A stretch of DNA of 60,363 nucleotides, counting the filler, from Sphacelaria rigidula (lineage: Eukaryota), in assembly GCA_964200075.2 (NCBI GenBank). It is 6 parts of 6 records of this genome, joined end to end, with 100 filler letters (N's around TTAATTAATTAA, not from the genome) between each part and the next. Parts side by side here need not be neighbours in the genome. Positions count along the whole stretch, not along the records: positions 30,234 to 40,210 come from CAXNAA020007376.1; positions 40,311 to 50,287 come from CAXNAA020007377.1; positions 50,388 to 60,363 come from CAXNAA020007378.1; 3 more parts are not named here. One strand, 5' to 3'. Of this stretch, positions 37,831 to 50,907 are shown in pieces; positions within the stretch are counted from its first letter, which is position 1; each line of letters starts with the position of its first letter. The notes beneath the pieces were generated by a model, which was not told the origin of the DNA, did no database searches, and saw only the letters and a program-made list of their open reading frames with translations. Both the position numbers and the translations under genes were made by a program.

Positions 37831-38415
37831 TCTTGTTGCCTGGTCGGATTCTGCATTTGTAGGTGGATGCTATGTTCCACATTGTACATTACGCACTCTT
37901 CAATACCAAAACAAAAAACAATCCACCTCCTTACATTACCCCCATCCCAACCATCCATCCTCTGACAATCTTTACTTACTCATTTATTTTTTGTATGTTC
38001 ATCTCCGTCTTCTTTTTGTCACTTGATATCCTATATATATATTGATTAATTCATTGAAGATTGTTAGAGGATGAATGGTTGGGGATGTTGGGGGTGAACT
38101 ACTTATTTTTTCTGTGAAAAGAGAACACAATATGTAATGCACGTTCTTGCTGTTCAGTGTCGCGCCGGGTATATAGAAACGTACGGTGTGTCAACGGATC
38201 AGTTTGTTCAACTTGGTTCATACGACGTTAAATGTGAATCCAACGTATGCCAGGAAAGCCGTATCGCGAATTCCGACGCTGAAAAACTCGCCTCTCACTC
38301 AACAAAACGTAGGCAACCAGGTTACGGGGGGGGGTTGCGCTTGCAATTTTTTGCGATAACCATGACAGTGGTCGAGGTAGATCATATCGTGCGGAGTGAA
38401 GAACCTCAACTCCGC

Positions 38416-38767
38416 ACGAAGGGGATGATCGTACTACGTAGTTTTTGAATGGTAAGACACACACGAGGTAGTGTAACCCGTGACTACCTCTGGAAGTGGC
38501 GATATCAGAAAATGAAGCAACTCATTGTAGGTTGTCATCAGTATGCAAGATAACTAACCAGTACGCTTCGGGCCGAACGATCTTAGCAGAATGTAGATCA
38601 CCCCTCGTGCGACTGTCGAACACATCACGGCGCTTCGCGCTTTCTTTTTGATTGAGAGCCCGGTCCGGCGAAAAGCAGGCGTGCTCCATCCCGGCTTTGT
38701 AGGGATGCGAGGTCAATGATCATATCACTACGGCACGCAAGATCATGAGTACATCCCTCCCCACCCT
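38416..38767 (+). repeat. Repeat family B, long copy
   Basis: Colinear with 18199-18573. Confidence 0.85.
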
Positions 38768-38799
38768 ATCTTTCACAACCATAAAACTACTTTATCGCA

Positions 38800-39678
38800 G
38801 TAAGGCACTCCAGGGTACGCACGGTAGCGGCCCACGGATGAGAGTATTCCCGGCAAAACTGGGTATTTTAGGGGTATGTAGGGTAGTGCCCGCTGGACAT
38901 GCTGAGTACTCCAGGGTTCGGAGGGTATCGACTGCCGAATACCTCCGGGGACTTGGGGGTACCCACCAAACGCAATACCCGGTGTAATGCCCGAAATACG
39001 CAGTACATGAACTGAGTATTGTGAGTACCTACGGGAAAGCCTGCACAACACACAGTGTTCCAGGGTATGCAGGCTACTGACTGGAGGACATCCTCAGTAT
39101 TCCAGGGTACCCAGGGTATCGCCGTTGGAAATACTCGGTATTGTAGGGTAACCAGGGCATTGGCAGCCAGGCATCACAGGTGGTTCGGGTAGGGTATCTC
39201 GTCGGGTATATGGTTGTTTGAAGTATATGTATATAGAATTCCACGATAGTCAGGGTATCGACGGCTGAAAGTACTCAGTATTTCAGGGTAAGCAGCAATC
39301 GACTGCCGCAGATACTCAAGTCTTCATGCAGAGCAGGGTATTAACTGAAAATCCAGGATACCCAACGGCATTTATTCCCTTCCGACACCACCTTTGCCAA
39401 AGATCAATATCATAGAGTAACCAAAGTACGCATCGACCGGAGTACCGCTTATCCCAGAGTAGCACGGGTACCTGTCCGCTGGAACACCCGGCTTGATACC
39501 CGGAGTGCCGAGTACATCTCGTACTTCGTACTCCAGGTACCCGAGATACCGACGGGCAAAAATACCAGTAAATCAGAGCACACAGGGCATAGACAGTCGT
39601 ATACACCCGTACTTCAGAGTGCACAGGGTATCGACACGCCAAAATACCCGACCCCGTACCCTATATACCCTACCCTAA
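38800..39678. mobile_element. Family C non-autonomous element(s) with TAGGGT...ACCCTA ends (hAT-like)
   Basis: TAGGGTAG near 38879 and TACCCTACCCTA at ~39666-39677; internal motif arrays. Confidence 0.55.
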
Positions 39679-40210
39679 TCACCTGTAGAGCAGTCACGCA
39701 TATTGTATCACAATGGTCGTAGTTACCAGAGTACACTTCCAAAAAAAGCACGGAACCGTATGTGCCCTGCGAACATGACGGAAAAGCGAGCTGGAACCTG
39801 ACACTGATTTACCCGCTAGCATGCGCTAGCTCAAAACTGGCCAGAGGTTTTTCTGAGAGACCATCTTTTATGGCAACGAATCTCGGTCTGTACAAATACG
39901 AGGATTTCAGTCCGTCTACAGGCGATTTTCTCCCGTGGATTGATTTTTCGGACTCAAGTGCGTTGGGCAATGTTTTTCGGCTAGCTGTGAGAAAACCAGA
40001 CCAACTCTCCGATTATCTGGACGTTGGCTTTTGATACATCACCTTTCTGCAGGGTGGCATATCGGGCCGAGAATGAAGTTCGATAGATATTTATAGAATA
40101 TCGAACCACAACCGCCGATACCGATATTTTTGTCGATATTCCGAAAATGTTGTTGTTGTTGTCTTCATATTAAAAGCCGTTCCGATATCTGCGCGGTACA
40201 TTGGTACTGG

Positions 40211-40310
40211 NNNNNNNNNNNNNNNNNNNNNNNNNNNNNNNNNNNNNNNNNNNNTTAATTAATTAANNNNNNNNNNNNNNNNNNNNNNNNNNNNNNNNNN
40301 NNNNNNNNNN
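40211..40310. other. Artificial contig spacer 4
   Basis: 44N-TTAATTAATTAA-44N. Confidence 0.97.
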
Positions 40311-42790
40311 CCCTCCCCCTCTAATTTCGCAAACCGTTTCCTAGCGGCTTGCCGGAAACCATAGGCTGTTTTGCGTACACGCATGATAGAACCTGAATGT
40401 TCCCCCAAGGACGTGGGATACCCGCCTGTATACCTCCTGTCATATAGATCCGACTGCACGAGCATGCTCGACGTCAGCATGGCAAACCTATTTCCCCTCT
40501 ACGCATGCTAACGCTGCGGCCACACTGTTATTCGTTGCGGCAGAAGTGGGTGAAAATGTTGGAATTCCCCCCATCTCTTGACCGTCACCCCCTGGACACC
40601 AACGGAGCCTCAGCCTCCACTGCGTAGCCATGCTCGTCAGTCTTACACTGAAACTCACACCCTTCGAGTCAACCTCCTATTCTCCGTCCGACCGTGAGTC
40701 TACAACGGGCCACGTATTCTGACGCTCCAACCCTACATTCGACCGCCTCAACTCTCCCACCCACGCTTGCTTGAACTATGAGTGGAGAACATCCTTGATC
40801 ATACGTCGAATCGAGGCGATCTCCTCTAAAGTCGCATACGGAATGATCACAACTTCCACTCCCCCGATAATATTCGTGGGTCGGTCGTCCACGGCGGCCA
40901 ATCCAGTCGACATCCGATCCGCAAACTTACGCCTGGGCGGGGGGGAAGTCCACCGCGCACGATGACCACCTTTTTTTATATATTGAACGTCTGAAACAGG
41001 CTGCTGGAGTTGCTGCTCTCGGTGTTGTTGCCGTAGCAAGAGGGGCCTAGTGTCTCGTCTGCTCCAATGTCAGCTCAGCCGGAGTCGGGTGCCGTTTATG
41101 CTCGCCCTATCCGCGCTGCCGACGAAAGGAAGGTGTCGACGACCGTTTGTTGATGATACACCAGACGATGTGCACGATTCTGGCGGTTTGTTTTCCGTGC
41201 CGATACCTCCGCTCTCGTCCAAGGATATACCGCAGGTCCCATTCGCCTCTCCTTGTCACACGCACCTCCCGCAAGCATTACCCAAACCGAAGATTTCTCC
41301 CCCTCGTCGACCTTCGATCCGTCAGAATCGAGCTGTACGAAGTCATATTCCTCGCCTTCCAGATCCCGCCAGGCTTGCTCCCCCGCCCTATTCTCCCCAT
41401 GGACGATGGAACCGCAGGCTGCCAGGTTACAGTTATTAGAACGGCACCAGGTGGTATCGGGAGTCGTGACGGCGTATCTGCCTCAAGTCTGCATTCGATT
41501 CGCGTCGAAAAATCAGTTGTAGGCTGACCCCAGAAAACACACAATCCTGTGCTCTCGGCATTAGTTTCGCCGTCCTTTTGTATTTGAAGTGTGTCCTGGC
41601 CTGAAAAAAGGAAAGCCACTCTATTTGACATCGTTCCCCGTCAAATAGTAGGTCCGGGGATTATTTCCTTCTTCGGGTTTGACGTAGTAGCGAAACGATT
41701 TGAAGCACCTGTTGTCTCAACGAAACGATCGCCCGCGTTCATCTGGGGCGTCTGCATCGTGCAGGATCCGGTCTTCTTGAATGTGCACAGCCAGGGTGCA
41801 TTGCTCGACCAACGCTATCGCGCGCTCAGCTACCCTGTTACACTGTGGGCATTCTACCAGCATGTACTTCTCTTGGTTCATACCTCGTGTTCTACAAAGG
41901 TCACTAAAGGGTCCCACAAAACCACCCCCACCCTTCGATCTCACAACATTTACCACAGGCGGAAAACAGTCTGCTTCCACGTCTGCGAGGAACTGTTCGA
42001 AAGCTCCCCCAGTGTCTGACTCGTCTTTTTCAAAATATTTTCACAATAATCTCGTGAAAATATCTGGGAGGAAAACGAAGACCTCATTTCCTCCAACATT
42101 CTCTACCCCTTCGGACCAGACACCCCTCTCCAAATACTCTATTTTAAGCGCCATACTGCACGTGAGCCCATCGACGGAGGAATGAATTTCTGCAAAACAC
42201 TCGGTGATACAACATCCCCTGCACGCCAACAGCTGGCCCACCAGGGTCATCCCATATCAATTCGCCATTCTGCGCAGCAACCCATCATGCAGGGAACCAT
42301 GGGATTGGTTGAAGAAGAATGATATCTCTCTCATATCGGGTCAAATGACATCTCGCCAGGAGCGAGCACGGCGTTAGCGGAGTCATCTTGTCCAGCTTTT
42401 GAAACGTAAGATACACCAGCTGGCGGCGAAGGGCGAGTCACAGCTATCGAGTCATGCCTCCTGACTTTATCATACCCGACATTCCGGCCATTGGGCAGCG
42501 TGATTACAGGTAAACCTCGGTCAACCACCACGTATAGGGAAGTCAGATTCACGTCTAAAGCGGCTACTTGGGCAAATCCGCTGATGCTGAAAGCGAATTT
42601 TCGATCGCGACTTCACGTTGAAACTCACACGTTTCACCACAGATCGATATTTTCATCACTTGGCCATTTCAGCTACCATGACATTTGTGTTGCTGCATGT
42701 CTATCAGTCAAACGTACTGTGATTCAATGAAGCCGTAAGGAATATGTCGGCATCGTCCTCCGTCCCAACACCCTCGCCACCATCAACTAG
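40311..42790 (-). mobile_element. Highly degenerate Ty1/Copia remnant (pre-integrase, integrase, RT); possible gag continues to ~44600
   Basis: LVGQLLACRGC; VRSKGGGGF..PQCNRVAERAI (integrase); RVRKTAYGFRQAARKRF (RT); many stops and frameshifts. Confidence 0.8.
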
Positions 42791-42851
42791 AACCAGTCGG
42801 TCATTCCCCACGATATTTGTTGCTGAGCCGAACTCTCCACCCCTGGTCACT

Positions 42852-43228
42852 GTGTGCGTGTTGTTGTGTTATCATCCCATCTATTCTGGATCCGAGTCTA
42901 CACCTGTCGGTATATGTGGGCGCATCAGCCGGGGTCACACACGAAGAGGAAAGCCGATACAGGAGTTTTTTTTCTCCAATTCTTCTAGTTCTCCACTGTG
43001 CTTCTGCGGTGCTTGCCTTATTTCTTTTATCGCGAGAGCAGTTCAGCGGTCCCTTTCCCTCGTCGACCGTGAAGTCGGATTTTGTGTCCTCACGACATAG
43101 TCGCTCTTCACTATTGGGTATGGTGTGAGGAAAAATCCCAGATCACGTGGCTGCACCGAGATTCGAACCCACGATCCAAACGTCGGAAGGTTTTGAGGTT
43201 ACCAACTGAGCCACCGGGGTGATCGGCT
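42852..43228 (-). mobile_element. tRNA-derived SINE nested in the Copia remnant
   Basis: CCCCGGTGGCTCAGTTGG (A box), GGGTTCGAATCTC (B box), short AAC/AC-rich tail. Confidence 0.75.
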
Positions 43229-44670
43229 GTTCTGGCCATAAAACGAAAGTCAATGGTTTCCTTGAACCCACCGAAAAAGTAGGGAGCGCCCACCTTGTAA
43301 GCACACTCTCCCCGCGACTCCATTCCCCACGTTCATCACATACGTGCTCGGAATCTCGCGACTGAAAGCGGTCGGGTCGACCAGGCTAGAGACAAATCAT
43401 GCCCTTCGTACCCCCACCGTCGCCCTACACGATACTCCCGTTAACCCGCCCCCTCTGCGCGTTGATGCAGCTTGCTCCCACACCCCTTACCGCTCTCCTT
43501 CGGGATGGAGATCTCGCCATTCCCCGCGAATAGGACGGTCGTCATCCGCACCCACCTAACCGTCTGTTGGCTTCAAGGATAAAATATTGTTCTCGTTCAT
43601 AGATCGTGTCCTGTCGGGCAACAGTGACGCGCCCATGCGTATGTGGTCCCGGGTGGTCGCGAATTTCGGGAAAAGAGAAAATAAGATTCGTTCACCCCTC
43701 CCAGTGAAGGAAAATGCGACTGAACCATCTCTACTTTCATCCAGTACTCACTCGAGTCTTATCCACTGCTATACCTCGAAACAATTAGTATCGCCATAAC
43801 GTGTAATCTTGCACCCGAATCCTCGGGTGATCAATGGTCACGCCATACACGTCATGCGTCGGTCGGTGATCTCCCTTCAAAATCAAATGCCTAGTCATGC
43901 TGTCCCTCACGGTATCACACAAAATCTTGTATGCATATCTAGCTCACTTTACGTCCACAGCACTGACCCTCAACCTCCGCCACTCCTGTTCGTTGAGGGT
44001 GTCCGTGGATGACGGGGGATCCCTAGATAAACCATCCTGAAACCGTTGAAACCGTACCAGTCAGTCCTTCGATCTCGCGCATAAAACGACACCCGAGCGC
44101 GGTTTTTCTTGTTGTCGAATCGAATATTCCTTGGAATTGAGCATCCTACTGCCAACGGATACTAACCGAATACGATCTCTGTTATCAGCCGCATACAGCA
44201 CACCTTTGCTTGACCCATCAAGATCCGAGAGACCAGCACCGGCGAAAACACCAGAGGCGTTGGCACCTGATGCGCTCCCGCTCGCTGACCTCGCCCCTTC
44301 CCCCGAATGATTGACTTCGACACCGACCATCCCATCGAGTAGTGTGACATCTGCTTCGAAGTCTACCCGCGCATTCCCCGTGGCGCCCTGATTCGATCTC
44401 TCGACGGGAACGAGGGATACCTACAAAAAATACCCCGACCCTTCTATCCTTGCAGCTCCCACTGGCCTTCAAACGCTCGAGCGATATAAGATCCTCTACC
44501 GACACTGACCTGGTCTTTTTCGGAACTTCACGTTCGTTATTTCAACCACTCAGATGGAGATCTATTCACTTCTTACGCCGTTCATCGCACCGCCTGTGTA
44601 GCATTAGGCCCACACCACCGACGGCAAGAAGCCAGGCGAACTCGCACAGCACCAAATCTTAAAAGGTGAC

Positions 44671-44931
44671 TAGGGTAGAGTACGTGCACTGGGCTACTCT
44701 GAATTGCCAGGGTATTCGGAGTTATACGAAAGTACCCAGTACTCTAAGGTGCGCAGGGTATCGACTACCGAAGATATTCATTCTTCAAGGGTGCGCAGAA
44801 TATTGGCTGACCGAAAGTACTCAGCATTCCAGGGCATCCAGGGTATCGATTGTCGAAAACTACTCAGTATTCCACCGCACCCAGGGCATTGACACCCCAG
44901 AATATCCATTTTATATATCCTACTATACCTA
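44671..44931. mobile_element. Family C MITE copy
   Basis: TAGGGTAGAGTAC ... TACTATACCTA ends, CAGGGTATCGA motifs. Confidence 0.55.
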
Positions 44932-45291
44932 GGCACCGTTGGAGCTTGTCGTTGCCATCAATTTTGGAACCACCAGGGAGTGATGCCGCGATGCTCCCCC
45001 CCCCAGGAAAGTGGCTGGTTTGAGAAGGCAAAATCTAAATGTGAATTACAATAACTCAGGCCGAGCTCACCGAGCAGCTGGGAGCTCTCACGGTTAGGAT
45101 CGTTTTCGCCAGTGCCACCTATACCAGGCGCGTCGTGCAGTCTGAAACCAGCCATTACGCGCGATATGACCATTTACTTCGCGACCGTTTTGGGCTGGTT
45201 TGGGAGGGGATTATCGTGGCATCACTTCGGGGTGTCTCCGGGGTATTTATTATCTTCTATTATCTAAATGGAATCAGCAAAGGTGCTTCGG

Positions 45292-45532
45292 GTAGGGTGC
45301 ATACCCGGGGGGACCCTGAAGTTTCAGCGTGATTTGAGTTTCCAGTACTTCAGGATGCGTACGGTGTCAACTGCGGGAAGATACTGAATATTTCGGGGTA
45401 CTCAGGGTATCGACAGCCAAAACAAATGATCAGTGCTCCAGGGAACCCAGGCTATCGTTTGTCGAAGATACTGAGTATTCCATGATACTCCAGATATCGA
45501 TAGAGGAAAACTCGCTGCTTCGTACCCACCCT
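45292..45532. mobile_element. Family C MITE copy
   Basis: TAGGGTGCATAC ... GTACCCACCCTA ends. Confidence 0.5.
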
Positions 45533-45984
45533 ACCTTAGCACAGTTTGCAGCCCTCAGGTGCAAAACATCCAAAAAGAGGAGTAAACGCATCCTTGATGC
45601 AAGTCATTTGGTGCTCTTAGCACGAGGGGTACTGCAACACTGAGAGGAGGGTGGGAGTGACAATAGGTGGGGTTCGACCTTATCCCAGTCACCCCCAACT
45701 GTCATAATCCTCTCGCAGTAAACCCCACCGGTTAATACGCCACTCAAGAATTTTCAAGATACACGGAATCTGGTCCAGGTCCATGTACACAAGCCCAGAA
45801 CTTATAGTGTACGCTACAGACTGATGTCCATGGGTGAAACGATGCAACAAACACCCGAGGTCCCACAACTGGACACCCTTCTTGATTCTAAACGCCTGTG
45901 TGCAGCGTATCCATGTTTTACTTTCCCACCCCCCGATGTTTCCGAATTTGTTCAAAAAAACAGACTTCTTCTCTCAAAAAGAAA

Positions 45985-46236
45985 GTGCTGAAAGAAAACT
46001 CCGACGCTAGACGTCGGAGTAATTTGTAGTCAGTCTTAACCCTTAGACAGCGACCCCCCGCAGGTGGACTGAGATGGACTACACCGCACTGAGGGTTCAG
46101 AAGGGACTGCTCTCCCAAAAACAAAATGCTGAACGAAAACTTCGACGCTAGACTTTGGAGTAAATTACCAATGTGCAGTCAGTCCTAACCCTTAGAGAGC
46201 GAACCCCCGGCAGGTGGACTGAGATGGACTACGCCA
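45985..46236 (+). repeat. Tandem duplication, ~141-bp period
   Basis: TGCTGAA.GAAAACT.CGACGCTAGAC...TAACCCTTAGA...GCAGGTGGACTGAGATGGACTAC occurs twice. Confidence 0.85.
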
Positions 46237-46865
46237 TATATGTGGTTGGGAAAGGCTTCTTTCCCGCTACATAAAATGTATTTTTTCATGAACATGTGGA
46301 TGTTGGGCAACTATATATATATACAATAGTTCCAGAGAATCCCTGACCGGTTTTGACCTCGCAGTGTATTGCGTGCATAGTCAGTATGTGTGGTGTATGT
46401 CGTCGCTCGATACGATGGTAAGATACAGTATAAGTGTGCCATCGCTTTCCAGTGAACACAGTCTACTGCATGCTGCGGATGTCTCTTCTTACTGCCCCAT
46501 AATGACACTACAGTGTGAAGATATACTCGCAACACATGAGGGGTTAGGCAGATGTCAAAGACCACGAGCACAGTGAAAAACACGTTGTGCTTATCCATGC
46601 TTTTTATCTATGGTTGAATTGTCAAGACCAAAATGAAAAATACGGATAGCGAACTAGTCCAACTGTAGGGGAGAAAGTGGCCATTTTGATATCCGTGGTT
46701 GGTCAAAATGGCCGCTCCGCTCCTCTCGGGTCTCGTTCCTGGCTCCTAATTCTCCGTGGGAAACTTCCAAACACACAGGGTTGACTTGGTGAGCTTTTCG
46801 ATTGTTCTGCGAACAGGTCCCCACCCACCTATCAAAAACAGTACAGGAGTCCCTATCAATTGATC

Positions 46866-47118
46866 GTACACAATGGTTCGTACTTGACTTTGATTGATTT
46901 CGGACTGAACACCGATGTTCGGATCTCCAGAGGGGCTGACAGTCCCAAGTGCTCTCAGCTCGTCCAGAACGTGTTTTCGTCAAAAATGTGCCAAGTTGAG
47001 ATCTCGCAACGCACACTTTGCCCAGGAAACACTCTGCAACTCCTCGCCTGAGGGTTCTCGGTATACTTTCCTCGGAGTTAGGGTTGGCGGCACCTCCATA
47101 GTATCAACCATTGTGTAC
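46866..47118. mobile_element. MITE family A copy 2
   Basis: GTACACAATGGTT / AACCATTGTGTAC ends; body homologous to 9582-9887. Confidence 0.75.
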
Positions 47119-48227
47119 AACCAATAGGGAAGATCCCCTTGTCAAAAACCACCTGCCCCATCCTCTGGAAATTCCCGGATGTCCCTGGACCATCAACCTT
47201 TAAAACTGTCCCGAGGCGACTCTCACTATCGAAGAGTCAAATTGACCTTTTGCCTGACCTGATTGAGAAATCTGCTACCACATTTTTCTAGCTCCCAAAG
47301 TTTTCTGACAGGAACGTTTTTCCTTCGAAAAGTCAGAAATTTCGTCTAAAAAAAAAAGTCCCTTCAACATTAGGCGGGGTCTTATCAGAAGTGATGATCA
47401 CTTTTCAAAACACTCCTGTAAAAAACGATCGATGATTGGTTGCTGCGACAGCACCCCCCCAAAAAAAGTGCCGAAAAATCACTTCTGTCAAAGTGATTTT
47501 GTGACACCTCGAACGGGAACATGAAACGTCTCGTTGACAGGAGCTTAACCGAAGGCTCAACAGACAAGTCAGCACGATCGAACGTGAACCTGGGGATCGT
47601 CTTGTCCTCACAAACCAAAACAGACCGTTCTATTTATTGCTGCTCATCAGCTGAGCATGCTCTGTGTGAACTTGCTCAAATCGGCTCAGAATTCAATGAA
47701 AAATGATGATTTGCGTGAGACGCGCGCACAGCACACGCCCACAGTCAGCAGCAGCACGTTTTCGGTTGCTATTTGACACGCACGCGGCCACCTCTCATCT
47801 AATACTTGACGGATTCCATCGAACAAAGACTGCCGTGTGTAGATGATCAAGAGCTAGCGCTTAAGCTAGATGCGCGTGAATGGTGGGTGTCTATACGTGT
47901 GTTCTCGTGGCTCGGTGTGTCGGCGCTGTGCTACCTCGTTGCGTCTCGTCCGCAGCAGTACAGAGATATTGGACTAACGGCCACTTCCATAACCGCCGCA
48001 TTTTTGTACCTGGGCTTCGATCTGGACAAAACTGCTTGTCGAAAAGACTCAGTCCCGGTCGTTGTGGGGGCAATCACTTCTTTCAAAGTGATTCTTTGAA
48101 AAGTGATTATCAGAAGTCTACCCTCTGAGAATCTCGCTACTCATGATATCAAGTACAGTAGGACACTCGTTGCTCGCGTGGATTTAACTATTAAAAAGTA
48201 CCATACGTAGCAGACACATCAACAAAC

Positions 48228-48323
48228 CTGCCGCATAGCCAATTTTACACCATCCTCTTCCCTCGCAAGCTTTCCAGCAAAGACCTCCTGCTGCACGAAC
48301 GAAACAGTGGCAGTCGTAGCCAT
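48228..48323 (-). CDS. Candidate first coding exon (MATTATVSFVQQEVFAGKLAREEDGVKLAMRQ), unknown product
   Basis: ATG to CAG|gtttgt donor, phase 0; no homology recognised. Confidence 0.3.
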
Positions 48324-49367
48324 ACCAGATGCGAGACAGCGACAACCTTCCGCTGAGCCCTTGTTTCCCTGCACGCGCGTTTGCGTCGCAGACGTTTTGC
48401 TGTCCTCCTCGCTTATTTCCTTTCCTCGTGCTTTTCTGTCCAACTAGTTCCCGCGTTGCACTCGATCAAACGATGGGTTGCTCCCTTGTTCCCCTCTGTC
48501 TTGTAGTAGTGCGTGCGTGGTTCCTTCGAGGTAAGCACTCGAATCGGCCGACATCAACTCTAGTTATGCTCGCCCCATTCTTGACAGGAGACAGCTATCC
48601 GTGTATTTCTAGTCGATGTTCGTCACCAGTTTGCGGAAGGTACACCTGCGTGTTCAAGAGCAGTGATACAACATTACGTGATGCAACCTAGGGTGCCAGC
48701 ATACCCTGCGAATGACATATTCTTCCCCCCACGTGTGCTACAGTACTGGACAGCCCGACGGCGGCGACGAACAGCTGGAGGTGCGAAGTACTACAAGTTC
48801 TGCGCGGTTGTCGCGGTGCAAATAGCGAGTTTGCGGCGCAATATCAGACGCTTCACAGAGGTCGGATCGGTACTTGCTACTTGCTCCGCAAGCCTTTGCG
48901 ATCAAAATTCACCGCATAGCTTTTACCTAATGGTAAAAGCTGTGATCTTGGCATACTGCAGCGTACGTGCACTGACTATCCGCCCAATGAATACACAGTC
49001 AGCTAAGTACCAGATGTATATTCAGCAAAAAAGCTATAAACAACAAATGAAACGAAGACATTTGGCGAACGAGCGTTGCGACCAACAGATCTGAGCGAAA
49101 TGTTCCAGCCCAATGTTGCCATACATAGGACAGCCGGTCCTCCTGTCTGAGGGACACATCACTTCCGCAGATCATTATAGCTGCCACGGTGAGGGAACAG
49201 CGAGCGGTAGGGTACAGTTAGTGGTGCTCATTGCTTATATATTTGTGCAAGGATCCCGCATCTACAAGCGTTCGAGCTGTTCACAAGTACATTGCACTCT
49301 ACTCTCTGTACTGCACTGCGCTGTCGTACTACTGTGTGGGATCTGTCGAGAGAGCTGCTGCTGCAAG

Positions 49368-49469
49368 ATGCAGGCTGGTCAAGGAGTGTTGGAGGATGCG
49401 CAGAAGCAAGCGGAGGCCGCAGCGGCCACCCTCATTGAGCGGAAATTTAAGGAGCCGGCTAACTTGGAG
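49368..49469 (+). CDS. Candidate first coding exon, possibly the exocyst Sec6/EXOC3 N-terminus (MQAGQGVLEDAQKQAEAAAATLIERKFKEPANLE)
   Basis: AAGATG start context, strong GAG|gtacgt donor; A-EAA...L..P..LE pattern recalls Sec6 N-termini (weak). Confidence 0.45.
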
Positions 49470-49633
49470 GTACGTTCTATAGAGTATTTTGTCCCACGTG
49501 CGTCAACCATAGCAATCGCAACAACAGAGAAAGGGAAACAAGATGTCTCGTGTGCGGTAGATGACGGAGAATAACACCCCCTTAGGTTCGATGGGGCCTG
49601 GATTTCCTCCGAAATCCGGCTGACCTCCGCGGA

Positions 49634-49800
49634 CAAAGATTTTGTCGTTGGAAAAGAGTGGTAAAGAGTTCTCCGACGGAGAGAATACCAATTTGGTCGT
49701 GTGGGGATCTTGTATCACGTCCCTAAAGATTTTGCAGTTGGAAGAAATCCTCGAGAGTTCCTCGACGGAGAACTCATCAATTTGGTCGTGTGGGGATCTT
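49634..49800 (+). repeat. Tandem duplication, ~91-bp period
   Basis: AAAGATTTTG..GTTGGAA...GACGGAGA...CAATTTGGTCGTGTGGGGATCTT occurs twice. Confidence 0.75.
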
Positions 49801-50287
49801 CCTTCTCCTGAAAGAAACAATTGAGGTAGCGAAAGCTTCACAATAACCGGAAGTGTTACACCCCGTACTATTATGTGCTACGAAAATGTTCGAACACAAC
49901 ACTTATATTCCGGAGGTTGTCTCATCACCCCTTCGACAGCGAGGCATTTGGCGATAATTTCTAGATATACATTTGCTGACACGTGAGAACCAAGTTACAC
50001 AATGTTGCGAGTGGCATACACGGAGAAAATGAAACACCGTCGGAGTCGAACGGTTTGGAGAAGTGGGAGTGAGGCCGGATGTTATGGGAAACAGGTTTTT
50101 GGTCCACGGATTGTTCACCTTTGGGACATGTGACCCCCTTTTTGACTCCCAAACAGGGAAAACCGCCAACACACGTCTCGGACACTTTACATCGCCCCAC
50201 AGAGAGGAGCCTAGCCCACTTTTCAGATTCGCTTGGCTCCGAGGTTTCGTGATTGGCCGCTGAACAAAAATTCATGTGCGAAAATCC

Positions 50288-50387
50288 NNNNNNNNNNNNN
50301 NNNNNNNNNNNNNNNNNNNNNNNNNNNNNNNTTAATTAATTAANNNNNNNNNNNNNNNNNNNNNNNNNNNNNNNNNNNNNNNNNNNN
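50288..50387. other. Artificial contig spacer 5
   Basis: 44N-TTAATTAATTAA-44N. Confidence 0.97.
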
Positions 50388-50615
50388 CGGCAGGATTTTG
50401 CACCAATGTGCGAGGTGAGCGTTTTGTCCATTAATGATGCAGGCACACCCGGCCGCTGAAAGCCATGAAAAGCCTGCTCTCAATCGTACCGTAGACTCTC
50501 AATCTCACGAAAACATCGTTTGCTGTAGGCGTCTTACTGGTAGGTCTGCCTCCGTCTTCCCGCCGACCATCACTCCACGCATGACGATGTCGGGGAGGCG
50601 TTCCTCGTGCATGCA

Positions 50616-50864
50616 ACTCTCTCTACGATACCCCCCCAAAACACCAGCCCAAAACTGTCACGAAAAACATGGTCATACAGCGCCTGCTGTTTAGATTCAG
50701 ACTGCATCGAGCGCCTCATATGGGGGACATTGGTGAGAATGAACCCAAGCGCGAGAATTCCCAGCTGCTCGTTGTGCTCGTCATTTTCTAGTTTGGATTT
50801 AGGTGAAGAGTTTTTCCCCCCATATTGCCTGGTTTAGGGGGGGGGTACTATCGTAGAAAGTGTC
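50616..50864. mobile_element. MITE family D; a second, truncated copy lies at 60290-60363
   Basis: CTACGATACCCCCCC / GGGGGGGTACTATCGTAGAAAGTGTC inverted ends; CCAGCCCAAAA.TGTCACGAAAAA.ATGG.CATACAGCGCCTG shared with the window end. Confidence 0.7.
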
Positions 50865-50907
50865 ATACGCACAACGCGGCGGGCGTGTAGGAGGCGGGTT
50901 CACCTCA

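Noticed and set aside
37130..39678. CRISPR-like array
   Set aside because: Motifs are short, degenerate, irregularly spaced and in both orientations; no cas genes; eukaryotic context.
43140..43228. Functional tRNA gene (likewise 13440-13530 and 15010-15096)
   Set aside because: A and B boxes are present, but I could not form a full cloverleaf and the sequence continues into repeat bodies; better read as SINE heads.
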